From: a virus
Taxonomy: Duplodnaviria > Heunggongvirae > Uroviricota > Caudoviricetes
Strand: one strand, 5' to 3'
Virus record (IMG/VR): IMGVR_UViG_3300037587_000312
Coordinates: 32,552-96,551 of that record
DNA length: 64,000 nucleotides
Part shown: positions 54,820-64,000 of the stretch, in pieces
Layout: each line of letters begins with the position of its first letter
Position numbering within the stretch: position 1 is the first letter of the stretch
The notes under the pieces: model-generated
Database searches by the model: none
Told to the model about the DNA's origin: nothing
The model's input: the letters and a program-made list of their open reading frames with translations, nothing else
Position numbers and translations under genes: made by a program

Positions 54820-55092
54820 TTAGTTTACCGCCCACTGATATCTCCTGTATATTTCTCTGTAGTGTTTGTTTCGGAAAAGAACAGGCTGACCCTTATTCTT
54901 CTTCCTTAGGTGTGTCTGTTTCTGAATGAGTTTGTTCATAAGAATCTTATGGCGAGTAGCCCTTTCATGTGCAGCTAAACCCACTTCCGGTTTGGGGGAT
55001 TCCTCTTCATCCTCATCGTATAATTCTTCGAAGGCGAATGGGGATTCGAATAGATCATCTTCTGGATTTAGATCACTTTGCTCAGTTCCCAT
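54820..55092 (-). CDS. hypothetical acidic/basic protein
   Basis: ORF. Confidence 0.3.
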   Translation of the reverse strand: MGTEQSDLNPEDDLFESPFAFEELYDEDEEESPKPEVGLAAHERATRHKILMNKLIQKQTHLRKKNKGQPVLFRNKHYREIYRRYQWAVN

Positions 55093-55289
55093 TTATCCCC
55101 CTTATGATCTACAAGGATTCTTCTCCCGCTATCACTAACGAACATAACACCCTCAAGGAATTCCCCGATCTTCCAGTCATGGGCTAGGAAGTCAGCTACA
55201 TAGTACCTGCCCTTCTCATTGAAGGGTCGCACTAAATGCTCATAGGCTTCTTTATCTAATTGTACCATATGGTCCCCTCCGTTTCCCAA
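55068..55289 (-). CDS. hypothetical protein
   Basis: ORF. Confidence 0.3.
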   Translation of the reverse strand: MGNGGDHMVQLDKEAYEHLVRPFNEKGRYYVADFLAHDWKIGEFLEGVMFVSDSGRRILVDHKGDKWELSKVI

Positions 55290-55524
55290 GATATTCTTTT
55301 CCTTTCCGCTCTAAGTTTCTATGGCAGATACGCCACTTGAGTTGGGGCATTACCTCTTTATGACCTAACGCAACACACAGTTTAGCTTTCAGAGCGAATT
55401 CCTGACCACACTCACAGAAATAATACCTGTTACCGAAGTCAGCTACGTGGTACTTAGAATAGATGTGGCATTTCTGAGCACCCAATACCCACGAGCAGAG
55501 TGCATAGGGTCTAGGTCTACTCAT
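55252..55524 (-). CDS. zinc-finger protein
   Basis: CECGQEF...C...H...H pattern. Confidence 0.3.
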   Translation of the reverse strand: MSRPRPYALCSWVLGAQKCHIYSKYHVADFGNRYYFCECGQEFALKAKLCVALGHKEVMPQLKWRICHRNLERKGKEYLGKRRGPYGTIR

Positions 55525-55724
55525 AATCTCTCCTTTGTATCTACTTTATCCAACAAGTAAAGGAAACCTGCAGTTATCAATGCTGCTGGCCATAAACCAA
55601 TATGCAAGAGATCTACCCGATCAAGATTAAAATTGGGTTTACCTTTCCATGGGAGTTGTGCCAATACAGTACAAGCAATAGCACCTGCCAAATAAATATA
55701 TGATAGAATTATAAATGTGTTCAT
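55521..55724 (-). CDS. small 2-TM membrane protein
   Basis: Hydrophobic ORF. Confidence 0.3.
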   Translation of the reverse strand: MNTFIILSYIYLAGAIACTVLAQLPWKGKPNFNLDRVDLLHIGLWPAALITAGFLYLLDKVDTKERL

Positions 55725-55828
55725 GTATCTCCCCTAATCATGATAAAAGTCAACCGTATGTTCATTCCTAGTTACATAGATTATGATGAGGAATGGACCA
55801 AGGAAGACTAGTGTTTGGATTAGTCCCA

Positions 55829-56239
55829 TCATACCAGTTCCCAATCCCCCTCTGCATTAGTAAACCTAATCTCAATCTCTACAATATCCTCCACCATATA
55901 GAATGTTGGTTGTACATTATGTTCTGTTGCCCAATCATCAATAACTTTATGGACACGGTTTATAAGATCATTCTTACATTTATTATCTAATCCACTGAGC
56001 CAATCATCAGCAAACTCTCCACACTCATCATACGCATTCTCTGCCAGAGTGTCAATCAAATAATTAGGTGAATAATCAGAAGCCACGCTCTCTATGACCT
56101 TACCTTCATAGATTGTGACGATATCCCCTACTGCCAACGGATCTGGCCAATGAACATCAGCCATATCTATTGCCGCTTCACTGATACTATCATAGTTGAA
56201 CATTTCTTGATCGACACTATAAACTCGTCTACTCATCAT
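55829..56239 (-). CDS. hypothetical acidic protein
   Basis: ORF. Confidence 0.3.
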   Translation of the reverse strand: MMSRRVYSVDQEMFNYDSISEAAIDMADVHWPDPLAVGDIVTIYEGKVIESVASDYSPNYLIDTLAENAYDECGEFADDWLSGLDNKCKNDLINRVHKVIDDWATEHNVQPTFYMVEDIVEIEIRFTNAEGDWELV

Positions 56240-56672
56240 TATCTCCTATATTCTGGTAAATAAAAATAGCTTCTTTACTGTCGAGGTATACGGGATCACC
56301 AAGCCTTCCACACGCATGTAGTCTCCCCGCGACATCGAGGAGGTCGTCAGTTAGTTTGACGGCATTGTGGTGTGGGTGACGACTATCATATTTTGTAGTC
56401 CCGTGAAAAGTTAAAACTCTATCAATCTTTGATTGCCAGAATGAACCCCCATCTAATGAATCAAACTTCTGTTTCTGAGTAAATTGCTTATGACCTGTCA
56501 TTTTCTCGGAGCTAATCCATTTAGAGAACCAACTATGATTATCAAAGACGTTCTCCGCTAGGAGGTAAGCCTCTTTTTGTAAGAAGTCTGCCTCGGCTAC
56601 AGAAACCTTTGAAGCTTCCGTTAATTGGGTTGCTAGGGATAAAGCCCTTTGTGCCGATATCTGTGTTTTCAT
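56229..56672 (-). CDS. hypothetical protein
   Basis: ORF. Confidence 0.3.
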   Translation of the reverse strand: MKTQISAQRALSLATQLTEASKVSVAEADFLQKEAYLLAENVFDNHSWFSKWISSEKMTGHKQFTQKQKFDSLDGGSFWQSKIDRVLTFHGTTKYDSRHPHHNAVKLTDDLLDVAGRLHACGRLGDPVYLDSKEAIFIYQNIGDNDE

Positions 56673-56905
56673 TAAAAGACCCTCTCTACCATTTGGTACA
56701 TTCGTAAATTACCATCCGGTGTTGTTTCAAAAGACTTTGCTATCCTTTCATTCATATCCACCTTCCGATGCGTCATATCATAGACCGTTAGCTTCTCTGG
56801 TGTATTAATAAGTTCATAGAAAGCCCCTTGCCTGAAATCCATATATTCATCATTCTCCCTTGAGCAGGCTTCAGCACACCGTATGTAATCAGTATTAAGT
56901 TTCAT
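56672..56905 (-). CDS. hypothetical protein
   Basis: ORF. Confidence 0.3.
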   Translation of the reverse strand: MKLNTDYIRCAEACSRENDEYMDFRQGAFYELINTPEKLTVYDMTHRKVDMNERIAKSFETTPDGNLRMYQMVERVF

Positions 56906-57224
56906 CTCTAGCCACCACCTTCTGACCTGTTTTCATGAGTGCCTCTTGTAATACAGCAGAGCCTACGTTTGTAGATAGCCACTGGAACGTGGTGAAGGCT
57001 GCTTTAAGTGCTACTGGATCATTACCTACAATATTGGTCAGGTTCGATCCACACCCTTCGTGGAAGTCTTTTATGACATCACTATAGATACGATCCCGCT
57101 CACCCTGTTTGTCATCAATAAAGGCTCTATTGATAAAATGATCACCTCGGTTCTGGAAATACTCCAGCGACAGTAGTTGATCCTCAGGTATATGCTTAAG
57201 ACTCAATGATAATTGTTTGTTCAT
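56895..57224 (-). CDS. hypothetical protein
   Basis: ORF. Confidence 0.3.
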   Translation of the reverse strand: MNKQLSLSLKHIPEDQLLSLEYFQNRGDHFINRAFIDDKQGERDRIYSDVIKDFHEGCGSNLTNIVGNDPVALKAAFTTFQWLSTNVGSAVLQEALMKTGQKVVARDET

Positions 57225-57402
57225 TATGTTTCTTTATCCTTTTATAAGGTTGAGGGCGATAGTCTTCACATCCAGCTCCAGATGGACAACTCCAATCATG
57301 GCTCGGGTGTTGGCAAAGACCTCCTATACGGCACCCACCGCACATTCTTATTCTAACCCAATACTGACAACCACCACAAGTCTTTTTACGCGTCTTTGAC
57401 AT
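57196..57402 (-). CDS. Cys-rich small protein (CGGCxYW...CGGCRIGGLC...C)
   Basis: Eight or more cysteines in 68 aa. Confidence 0.3.
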   Translation of the reverse strand: MSKTRKKTCGGCQYWVRIRMCGGCRIGGLCQHPSHDWSCPSGAGCEDYRPQPYKRIKKHNEQTIIIES

Positions 57403-57532
57403 CTACAAAACCTATTTCCTATTTATATGAATCTTGGGTGTTTCAAGCCACCCACACCTATCACAAGATAATAAGAGTTGTGTGGCACCAGTTTGTGTTT
57501 TAGTATTCTTGTTCTTACACCGTGGGCACATA

Positions 57533-57718
57533 TTATACCCAATCCACTGTTACTTGCCAATCACAACCTTCATCAGCTGATCCCTTCTTATCTACCTCAA
57601 GAGTCTGTAAACGATCACGCTCCTTGAGTGCCTTCTTAGGACAAGAGAAAGTAGTCTTCTTTGTTTTAGCTGTGACGTTACCATACATGTAGTATGTTCC
57701 TTGCAAAATGTATTCCAT
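57533..57718 (-). CDS. hypothetical small protein
   Basis: ORF. Confidence 0.25.
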   Translation of the reverse strand: MEYILQGTYYMYGNVTAKTKKTTFSCPKKALKERDRLQTLEVDKKGSADEGCDWQVTVDWV

Positions 57719-57719
57719 A

Positions 57720-58424
57720 TCAAATCTCCAATAAAGTTAAATCGTTATTAAAAACACCACCTGTATCGATGTAATAGACATTACCAAATTGTTGTATGCC
57801 TTGTACAGGTGTATGGCCAACAAAGACCTTATCGATATCCTTGACAGGTCTGCTGTTCTTAGCTGCAATACGATCTCTGCCCCAGAGAGTCTTCATACGA
57901 CAATCCCTGATAAGAGCCTCATTCCAGAATTCAGGAGCATCCCCATGTAAGACACCTATAGTCTCACCTGAGTTAGTGTCAATCTGGAAAGCCAGAGGCA
58001 TGACACTCTGACAAGCCATAAGAGTATCTACGAAGGTCTGATCCACATGGTTCATCTCTATAAAATCTAAAGCCCATGTGCCACCGTTCTGCATCCAACA
58101 CTGGAATTCACCCATGGAACTCTCTAAGACGCCATTGAACATCATTTCACAGTGATTACCCAGCACTGAGTGGAACCAATTTTCAAACACAAGACTTAGA
58201 CACTTAAGTGATTCCGGTCCTCTGTCAACGAGATCACCTACAGCAAAGATTCGGTCTTTAGACTTATCGAAGTCCACTTTCTTCATCTCTGCCACAAGGA
58301 GATCATAGCATCCATGGAGGTCTCCCAGAACGAAGTCCCTCCCATGGTAGTTCTCTCTAAATTTCTGTATTACCATCATAGATTCCATATAACCAACATA
58401 ACCGCTATAGCAAAGGAGGCACAC
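57720..58424 (-). CDS. Ser/Thr protein phosphatase (lambda-PPase / calcineurin-like metallophosphoesterase)
   Basis: Motifs GDLHGC, GDLVDRGP, GNHE. Confidence 0.6.
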   Translation of the reverse strand: MCLLCYSGYVGYMESMMVIQKFRENYHGRDFVLGDLHGCYDLLVAEMKKVDFDKSKDRIFAVGDLVDRGPESLKCLSLVFENWFHSVLGNHCEMMFNGVLESSMGEFQCWMQNGGTWALDFIEMNHVDQTFVDTLMACQSVMPLAFQIDTNSGETIGVLHGDAPEFWNEALIRDCRMKTLWGRDRIAAKNSRPVKDIDKVFVGHTPVQGIQQFGNVYYIDTGGVFNNDLTLLEI

Positions 58425-58570
58425 ATAGTCACAACAAGCCCACCGAAAAACATATCAATTTTCTGATATGTGGATTTTTCCACACTCTTCTCAACCTCTT
58501 TAGCAAAGACTGCTACAAAGAGAAGTAGGATTAGGAGGCTCCCGCTCAACTTAAAAAGAAATTCTATCAT
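58376..58570 (-). CDS. small 2-TM membrane protein
   Basis: Hydrophobic ORF. Confidence 0.3.
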   Translation of the reverse strand: MIEFLFKLSGSLLILLLFVAVFAKEVEKSVEKSTYQKIDMFFGGLVVTMCASFAIAVMLVIWNL

Positions 58571-59883
58571 ACATTAAATACCTCCTTAATTCTCTCTAGT
58601 GTGTCAGCGGTATCCTTATCATTACAACGCCAATCTTCATGACGAGGTAAGAACAAACTCCACAGTGGGTTAGTCTTACTTGGTGGCAATGGTCCATTAC
58701 TCTTAACACCCATCACCTTGTACTGATAATAGTCCCAATTCTCGAAGATTTCAAGTCTTAGTTTATCAGAGAATCCAGTACAGGCTACTCGTAATAGTCC
58801 ATCCTCACTCTCACAGAGGATACTACCAAAGGTGTTCTCATTCTTCTTACCTTCACCACCGGGAATTAGTGCGATAGCACGAAGCTCTACAACCTCCTCA
58901 ACTTTATTCTTGATCTGACCTTTGGATGTACCATCCTTATAGGGGGCATCCATATCCTTATCGATAGTTCCTTCACCACCAGCGGCAACAATCTCGCGAT
59001 AGTAGTCATCAGCTTCTTTCCGGCTGTTCACAATCCGGTATGGGGTAAGGAAAAGACTCTCGAGGTTAGCCCTCATCAGTTGATCTTCGAGTGCGAATAG
59101 ACGAGTAGCTCGGGGGACAGCCCACAGCCCAACCCAGTAATCTTTCTCTGGGATAATCTCCCACAACTGTACACGGAGTTTCTGGTTGGATTCAAGGTCA
59201 CGTTTCCCGTGAAGGAAACAAGCATTGATGATACCATTACCGATCTCGCGAGGAAGTACTTTACCATCCTCTTCAATTAGCATCTCTCCTTCATAAACCG
59301 CTTGCTTAATCTCACTGAAGTCAGAAATAACGTAGTCAGGGATATTAATCAAGGGTGTTCCATTACGGGTCTTAGCCTCAATACCTTTTTCCCGATTAAA
59401 CCAACGAGAGAATATTCCATCACCTTTCAACTCACTGATTGCAGGGAATGGGACTTCACCTTTCGAACTGCAACGCATATAAGGATAATATGGGAACAGA
59501 TCTGGCCATACACTGAGGATACTCTTAGCACTAATGCCAGCCTTTACATCACGCTTGATCACGTAGGTCAGGCACTCTCTGTCATCCTGTGATAAGGTTT
59601 GGAATAAGTCCTTCACAGCAGATTTAGCCGCTTTACCTGTAACCTTACGCTTACTTAGTTGGTCAACCATGACACTGAGTGCGTATTCCAAAGTATTAAG
59701 ACCTTTCACTGGTCCTAGATTCTTTGGAATAACTGTTGTGTAGTAATTAAAACTCTTGTCATATGCAAGCTTTAGAACAGCCTTCAATTCTGTATTGAAT
59801 TCATTATCTTTCAGGATCTGACGCTTGTCATTCTTACCAGCTGTAGCTCTGATCTCTTTAATTACATCTGCTGTATGCCTCAT
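58567..59883 (-). CDS. ATP-dependent nucleic-acid ligase (KxDG nucleotidyltransferase motif; DNA vs RNA ligase unresolved)
   Basis: SELKGDGIF motif I-like lysine-nucleotidyl site; 438 aa. Lacks the Arg at +2 usually seen in DNA ligases. Confidence 0.5.
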   Translation of the reverse strand: MRHTADVIKEIRATAGKNDKRQILKDNEFNTELKAVLKLAYDKSFNYYTTVIPKNLGPVKGLNTLEYALSVMVDQLSKRKVTGKAAKSAVKDLFQTLSQDDRECLTYVIKRDVKAGISAKSILSVWPDLFPYYPYMRCSSKGEVPFPAISELKGDGIFSRWFNREKGIEAKTRNGTPLINIPDYVISDFSEIKQAVYEGEMLIEEDGKVLPREIGNGIINACFLHGKRDLESNQKLRVQLWEIIPEKDYWVGLWAVPRATRLFALEDQLMRANLESLFLTPYRIVNSRKEADDYYREIVAAGGEGTIDKDMDAPYKDGTSKGQIKNKVEEVVELRAIALIPGGEGKKNENTFGSILCESEDGLLRVACTGFSDKLRLEIFENWDYYQYKVMGVKSNGPLPPSKTNPLWSLFLPRHEDWRCNDKDTADTLERIKEVFNV

Positions 59884-59898
59884 AGAATATCCTCTCTA

Positions 59899-60504
59899 TT
59901 ATTCGGGGAAGGGGGTAATTACCCAATCCATCAGTGTATTGTAGATCTCCTCAGAGATCTCATTATTACCAAAACATTCTTTGGCAACAACTTTAATATA
60001 GTCTTCCTTCTGTCTTTTGTAAGCAGAAAAAGCCGCTTCAGAAGTCTCAAAGGAACCTATATACTTCCTCTTCCTACCTAGATTAATATCTGTGTGAAAT
60101 CTCCCTCTTCTTTCATAAACACCCACGGGGAGGCTCCCTCTCGTTTTGTTATTACTTATTAAAAGTTTATTCACCTTTTGAGGAATAAACTCACAAGTCT
60201 CCTCAGAGTACACCCTTGATCTTGGTTTACGAAGATCTTTATCCATAACAAACCCCAACCTGTAATTTTCTTCATACCATTTTGCATAGGTCTGGAAGTT
60301 ATGCCACCCACCACATACGGTAATCCCTCTCCCACCGTACCGTGGGTATCTCCAATCAGCTACATTGTAGCACCGCCCAATCATGTTTTGCCAAGCCCCA
60401 TATGATTTGGTCTTTTTTCCAGAGCTAAAAGATTTGTATTGGCCTACACCTAAGTACCCCACCCCGTGCATAGTTGGCGTGAAACGGTTTTTCCTAGGTT
60501 TCAT
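59899..60504 (-). CDS. AP2-domain homing-endonuclease-like protein, paralog 3
   Basis: KSYGAWQNMIGRCY...YGGRGITVCGGWHNFQTYAKW, AP2-like GVYERRGRFHTDINLGRKRKYIGSFETSEAAFSAY. Confidence 0.5.
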   Translation of the reverse strand: MKPRKNRFTPTMHGVGYLGVGQYKSFSSGKKTKSYGAWQNMIGRCYNVADWRYPRYGGRGITVCGGWHNFQTYAKWYEENYRLGFVMDKDLRKPRSRVYSEETCEFIPQKVNKLLISNNKTRGSLPVGVYERRGRFHTDINLGRKRKYIGSFETSEAAFSAYKRQKEDYIKVVAKECFGNNEISEEIYNTLMDWVITPFPE

Positions 60505-60745
60505 TTTGTCTCCCTAAAGCTGTTTCCGCTATATCCACTATCCTGTAAACACTATTAGAGGCAATTATAGCCTCCAGTGCCATTTCGTATCTGATCATTT
60601 TATCTCTATCAGATAAGGTATTTCCCATTTTAGAAATCTCTGCTTTACATTTACTGCACTTACCACATGCATTCCCCAGATTGAAACTACCTTTACAAGT
60701 GGCTTCAGAGTTTTTGGGTATCAAGTGATCTGCTGATGTTGTCAT
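60494..60745 (-). CDS. zinc-ribbon protein
   Basis: CKGSFNLGNACGKCSKC. Confidence 0.3.
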   Translation of the reverse strand: MTTSADHLIPKNSEATCKGSFNLGNACGKCSKCKAEISKMGNTLSDRDKMIRYEMALEAIIASNSVYRIVDIAETALGRQNET

Positions 60746-61050
60746 TTTACTCTCCCTCTCTTTATCAGATTTTTGAATATTGTCCCATTCTTTTTAATAC
60801 CCTTGCTACGGGAATTATCGAAACATTTATCACAAAGGCAATACTCAGCCTCTATGTCGAATTTTGGTCGTGCGGGGTCATGATGCCAACTAAAACCTCT
60901 TCTCTCACACTCACTTCTTGCAATCCTCTTGATACCATCCCAGTCTAATTTCACAAAGTGTATCGTGCAACACAAAGGTATCCCACTTCGTACACCATTG
61001 ATCGAGTGATAGGTTGCCCTTTTGACTTTCTGGGTGAGTGTAAGTTTCAT
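60742..61050 (-). CDS. Cys-rich hypothetical protein
   Basis: LCCTIHF...CLCDKC. Confidence 0.3.
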   Translation of the reverse strand: MKLTLTQKVKRATYHSINGVRSGIPLCCTIHFVKLDWDGIKRIARSECERRGFSWHHDPARPKFDIEAEYCLCDKCFDNSRSKGIKKNGTIFKNLIKRGRVK

Positions 61051-61059
61051 TTATTCCTC

Positions 61060-61380
61060 CTACTTAAGTTTAAGATACCCATTACCCATATCTCCAAGGT
61101 AAAGATGGTTATTTCTCAAATTCCTTTCGATAGAGCTGTTTACATCCCATCCATATTGACCACGAGCCTTAGAGGCTAGCATATCTTCCCAAAATTTTTC
61201 AATCCGCTCTGATACAGGTGGTAGGTCTACAAGTAAACTCTCCGCAGCAGCTTCATGGGACAGAGTACGTAAATTACCGTTATCCTCTCGCAGTACCACA
61301 GATTTCGCATCATGAGCCACATAAGTCAGGGATAAATCTGTCCCTCTTATTGTGTATTTCACTTTATTATTGAATTTCAT
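61060..61380 (-). CDS. hypothetical protein
   Basis: ORF. Confidence 0.3.
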   Translation of the reverse strand: MKFNNKVKYTIRGTDLSLTYVAHDAKSVVLREDNGNLRTLSHEAAAESLLVDLPPVSERIEKFWEDMLASKARGQYGWDVNSSIERNLRNNHLYLGDMGNGYLKLK

Positions 61381-61919
61381 TTATCCTCCTTAATTTTACC
61401 TGTTTCAAAGTCAATATCTTTACACAGTTGGCAGGTCTTTGTCAACCACAGAGGAGCCTTAAGATTAGAGATCCAATTACCAAGCTTATCCCAACCACTG
61501 AAACCCCCAAACCACCTAAAGATATCTTTAATGAATTGTAACTTGATCAAATACCAAATTGCATAAGATACTGCGGCTGCGAGTAGGGCGACAACGGAAA
61601 TTAATCCCGCTATGTACCCCCAGAGACCGCTGAGTGCAATAACAACTTGGATCGTTAGCCCCGGCAAACCTAACATGGTAATGAAATCCTCTATAGGATA
61701 GAGGTCTCCGTGTACCTCCATACCTAACCACGTTGTAGTAAACCCTATATAGAATAAAGTGATAAAACCAACAATTGCCAAGGCTACATGGAGCCATACA
61801 AAGACATTAAATACTGTCTGAAGGAAATACCAACAAATATTGGAGGGAATACCATACTTTCCCCACATAAATTTACTTAGTTTATATGACCAGCTTGCCT
61901 TGGTTGGGAAAATTTTCAT
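61377..61919 (-). CDS. multi-pass membrane protein
   Basis: Four or more hydrophobic segments. Confidence 0.35.
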   Translation of the reverse strand: MKIFPTKASWSYKLSKFMWGKYGIPSNICWYFLQTVFNVFVWLHVALAIVGFITLFYIGFTTTWLGMEVHGDLYPIEDFITMLGLPGLTIQVVIALSGLWGYIAGLISVVALLAAAVSYAIWYLIKLQFIKDIFRWFGGFSGWDKLGNWISNLKAPLWLTKTCQLCKDIDFETGKIKEDK

Positions 61920-61922
61920 AGT

Positions 61923-62183
61923 TTAAAATACTCCTTTGTCTTCTGAATATGATAGTTTACCACAAAGATCACACTTATTGTGATAATTATCCTCCCCTTT
62001 ATGGTAATCACGGAAGTAGTCTGATCTGAAAGACTCGTGGGAACAGAGATCCTGTATTTTCATGAGATCTTTGTTCAAGATTTCCTTCCGTTTATAAATT
62101 TCCTTATCGAGGAGTTCCTTCTCCTTCAAATACTCATTCATAAGAATCCCTATAGCCACTTTATTACTCATCATTCCCTCCAA
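61923..62183 (-). CDS. hypothetical protein with C-terminal HxC...CDLC
   Basis: ORF. Confidence 0.3.
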   Translation of the reverse strand: MEGMMSNKVAIGILMNEYLKEKELLDKEIYKRKEILNKDLMKIQDLCSHESFRSDYFRDYHKGEDNYHNKCDLCGKLSYSEDKGVF

Positions 62184-63247
62184 TAGATGTCTTGAACAGT
62201 CATAAGTACCTTAGATGCCAATTTTACATCAGGCTTTCGCCGTAAGCAAGTGTTTTTGTACAATTCACCACGAATTAACTCATCTTTCCCTTCAGCCATA
62301 GCCAAAAGCTCATTATAGGTGTACTTCCCTGCTCGGATATCCAACAACTCCTGTGCATCTGGACGTTTTACGATGACTTCACCCGTTGTAAGGATTTCCT
62401 CACCCATACGGAGCAACCTGATTAGATGAGATGCGTGTTTGGTGTCATATCCGTGGTGTTCCTCTAGTACGCTACGCTTTTTGTTACGATTAGCCTTCCA
62501 ATTCCAGTAGTTTTTATGGTCATCGTTCTCCCTGAGGTACTCATCCTTGTTAAACTTGACGATAAGATGAGGAGCACCGTACTCTGACCTTGATTCATCA
62601 TCAAAAACAGTGTTCAAGGTAAAATCATCTGAGAAAGTTTCATACCCTTTGGCTTTATCTGAAAATTCCCCAATATAGAGACCAAAAAGATTATTCCCGA
62701 AGGGTACTAACCGCCCATGACGGAATGATTCAAGTGTGAACATCCTTGATAAGATCTTAGCACTAGTAAAGTTCTGCACCATACTAACGAAATCAGTCTG
62801 ACGAGGTGGTTCTGCCGACTTTGGATTGTTAATGAACTTATTATGACCCTTGATACGCTTCATCTGGCTCATTGCATAACCTGAGAAGGTAAAAGCTACC
62901 TTACTAGATAGTAAATCCTTACGATAGTGCTGTAAAACACCGTATGCTTCACTGGATTGAATGATAGACTCTTCTGGAACCCACAACGTTTCAATAATAT
63001 TGGGGTTACAGTCCAAATATAGCTTCATGAAGTTGGTCAGTTCATAAACTTTGGCATCTTCCATCTCTGGGATAGTCTGTTCACGACAAGGGAACCAAGG
63101 TGTACGGATATTCTCCTGTGTTCCACAGAAAATACCCCTGACATCTACATCAGACTCGGGTGTGCTCATGCCGTAGGCATGTGAACCAGCTAAATGTGAG
63201 ACAATTAGGTTATCTACTCCTGTAATTTTGTGTTCAAATCTATTCAT
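62171..63247 (-). CDS. pol-beta-superfamily nucleotidyltransferase (RlaP-like, GS...DxD motif)
   Basis: LAGSHAYGMSTPESDVDVRGIF matches the GS-x-AYG...D-x-D nucleotidyltransferase signature. Confidence 0.5.
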   Translation of the reverse strand: MNRFEHKITGVDNLIVSHLAGSHAYGMSTPESDVDVRGIFCGTQENIRTPWFPCREQTIPEMEDAKVYELTNFMKLYLDCNPNIIETLWVPEESIIQSSEAYGVLQHYRKDLLSSKVAFTFSGYAMSQMKRIKGHNKFINNPKSAEPPRQTDFVSMVQNFTSAKILSRMFTLESFRHGRLVPFGNNLFGLYIGEFSDKAKGYETFSDDFTLNTVFDDESRSEYGAPHLIVKFNKDEYLRENDDHKNYWNWKANRNKKRSVLEEHHGYDTKHASHLIRLLRMGEEILTTGEVIVKRPDAQELLDIRAGKYTYNELLAMAEGKDELIRGELYKNTCLRRKPDVKLASKVLMTVQDIYWRE

Positions 63248-63476
63248 AGGTATATGAAACCTTTTTTACCTTCACACTGAGGGTGAAATAATCGATAGCT
63301 TTGAAGCCATCATCTTGGGCATCAAAGTTAAGCCAGTGCTTTTGGTTATGATCAGTGAGTATGTAAGTCTTATCTGGATAACCAAATACTTCATATTCTT
63401 TTTCTAAAGTCAGGTCGTTTTCATGATCACCATCATCCATCAAAAATGCTTTTGTGTACTTAGCAAAAATTTTCAT
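63240..63476 (-). CDS. hypothetical protein
   Basis: ORF. Confidence 0.3.
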   Translation of the reverse strand: MKIFAKYTKAFLMDDGDHENDLTLEKEYEVFGYPDKTYILTDHNQKHWLNFDAQDDGFKAIDYFTLSVKVKKVSYTYE

Positions 63477-63480
63477 TATG

Positions 63481-63996
63481 TTACCTCTCCATTAAAGCGT
63501 CAAGTCTTCCAATACATTTATCCAAGAACTCAACCATATCGTATTCAGAACAATCCTGCAAGAATTTTTTAGTTCCACCTTTCCAATTGGTCGCTACAAT
63601 AGCTGATTGTTTAGGTGATAGCTCCCCGTATTTATAAAAGTGTGTAGCAAAGCCTTTCAGGAAGGTCAGGGTCTTAACCTCTTTGCCAAGTTTAGCCTTT
63701 ACACTTGTGGATATCTTCTTTACTGGTGCAGAAGACTCCCTTCCCGCAGCATCATCGGCTTTATAGAAGTCTAATTGGGCTTTATAGAATGCAGCCTCAT
63801 GATTAAAGGTTCTTTCACAGACATCATCCCAAGCTCTTTGCATTCCTTCCTGTTCAACACCTTGCTCATCTACGAATCCATGTTCATAGGCTTCTAAGAT
63901 GTCCATATTACCGCTTGCAAAGTCATCGCGGAGGAATTCCATGGTCTGAGTATCCTCAAGAGCCATATCTGCCATCTCACCCATAGGAGACCTCAC
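63481..63996 (-). CDS. hypothetical acidic protein (possibly continues beyond window end)
   Basis: ORF abutting the window edge. Confidence 0.3.
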   Translation of the reverse strand: MRSPMGEMADMALEDTQTMEFLRDDFASGNMDILEAYEHGFVDEQGVEQEGMQRAWDDVCERTFNHEAAFYKAQLDFYKADDAAGRESSAPVKKISTSVKAKLGKEVKTLTFLKGFATHFYKYGELSPKQSAIVATNWKGGTKKFLQDCSEYDMVEFLDKCIGRLDALMER

Positions 63997-64000
63997 TTAA

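Noticed and set aside
1-64000. CRISPR array or other regularly spaced repeat-spacer structure
   Set aside because: No run of three or more identical 24-40 bp repeats with regular spacing was seen. The only multi-copy short repeats (47181-47277, TATAGG motifs, AATAGCGG hairpins) are irregularly spaced and lack spacer periodicity.

Overview
This window reads as a mosaic tailed dsDNA bacteriophage fragment with four modules. No CRISPR array, rRNA gene, integrase or transposase was recognised, and all calls rest on motif inspection of the supplied ORF translations (no homology search was run).

**Module 1, 1-12.5 kb (+ strand): tail and baseplate.** A tail assembly chaperone with a candidate -1 frameshift at GGGAAAC precedes a 604-aa Ala-rich tape measure. 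Downstream are XkdQ/S/T/U-like and P2 gpV/W/J/I-like baseplate genes, a tail-collar-domain fibre, a collagen-like fibre and small fibre-associated genes. A bidirectional terminator closes the module.

**Module 2, 12.5-22.9 kb (- strand): T7-like replisome.** It holds an SSB with a DDDIPF acidic tail, a family A DNA polymerase (859 aa), a TOPRIM primase fused to a DnaB-like helicase, and two HNH endonucleases, one translationally coupled to the polymerase stop.

**Module 3, 22.9-47.2 kb (+ strand): early accessory region.** It is driven by several near-consensus sigma70-like promoters and carries:
- a NADAR-domain protein;
- five paralogous proteins sharing an almost invariant N-terminal 17-mer (MKxR(T/S)GFVSNSSSSSFI), clustered around a radical-SAM enzyme with a C-terminal Cys-rich SPASM/twitch-like domain, which I regard as a candidate undescribed protein-modification system;
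- an HNH-AP2 endonuclease gene interrupted by an in-frame amber codon, and a small lipoprotein;
- an SPFH/flotillin-like protein and an HD-domain (SpoT/Mesh1-like) small alarmone hydrolase;
- a truncated RlmN/Cfr-like radical-SAM methyltransferase followed by a YqeY-like protein;
- a tRNA cluster (Ser-GCT, Leu-TAA, Cys-GCA, one unusual CAT-anticodon tRNA, one degenerate Arg-TCT-like element) invaded by a NUMOD4-HNH homing endonuclease;
- a SprT-like protease, a minimal 2-TM K+ channel (TIGFGD filter) and a J-domain protein.

**Module 4, 47.2-53.4 kb: atypical cassette.** An eight-ORF cassette of unknown-function genes sits between two ~1.2 kb ORF-free regions. It has GATC-rich palindromic direct repeats, ~30-bp imperfect direct repeats, recurring cgtTATAGG motifs and its own AATAGCGG hairpin repeats. 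This could be a hitch-hiking element, or an origin/packaging/early-promoter region.

**Module 5, 53.4-64 kb (- strand).** Three paralogous AP2-type homing-endonuclease-like genes, a Ser/Thr protein phosphatase, an ATP-dependent ligase, a pol-beta-type nucleotidyltransferase and many small Zn-ribbon or membrane ORFs.
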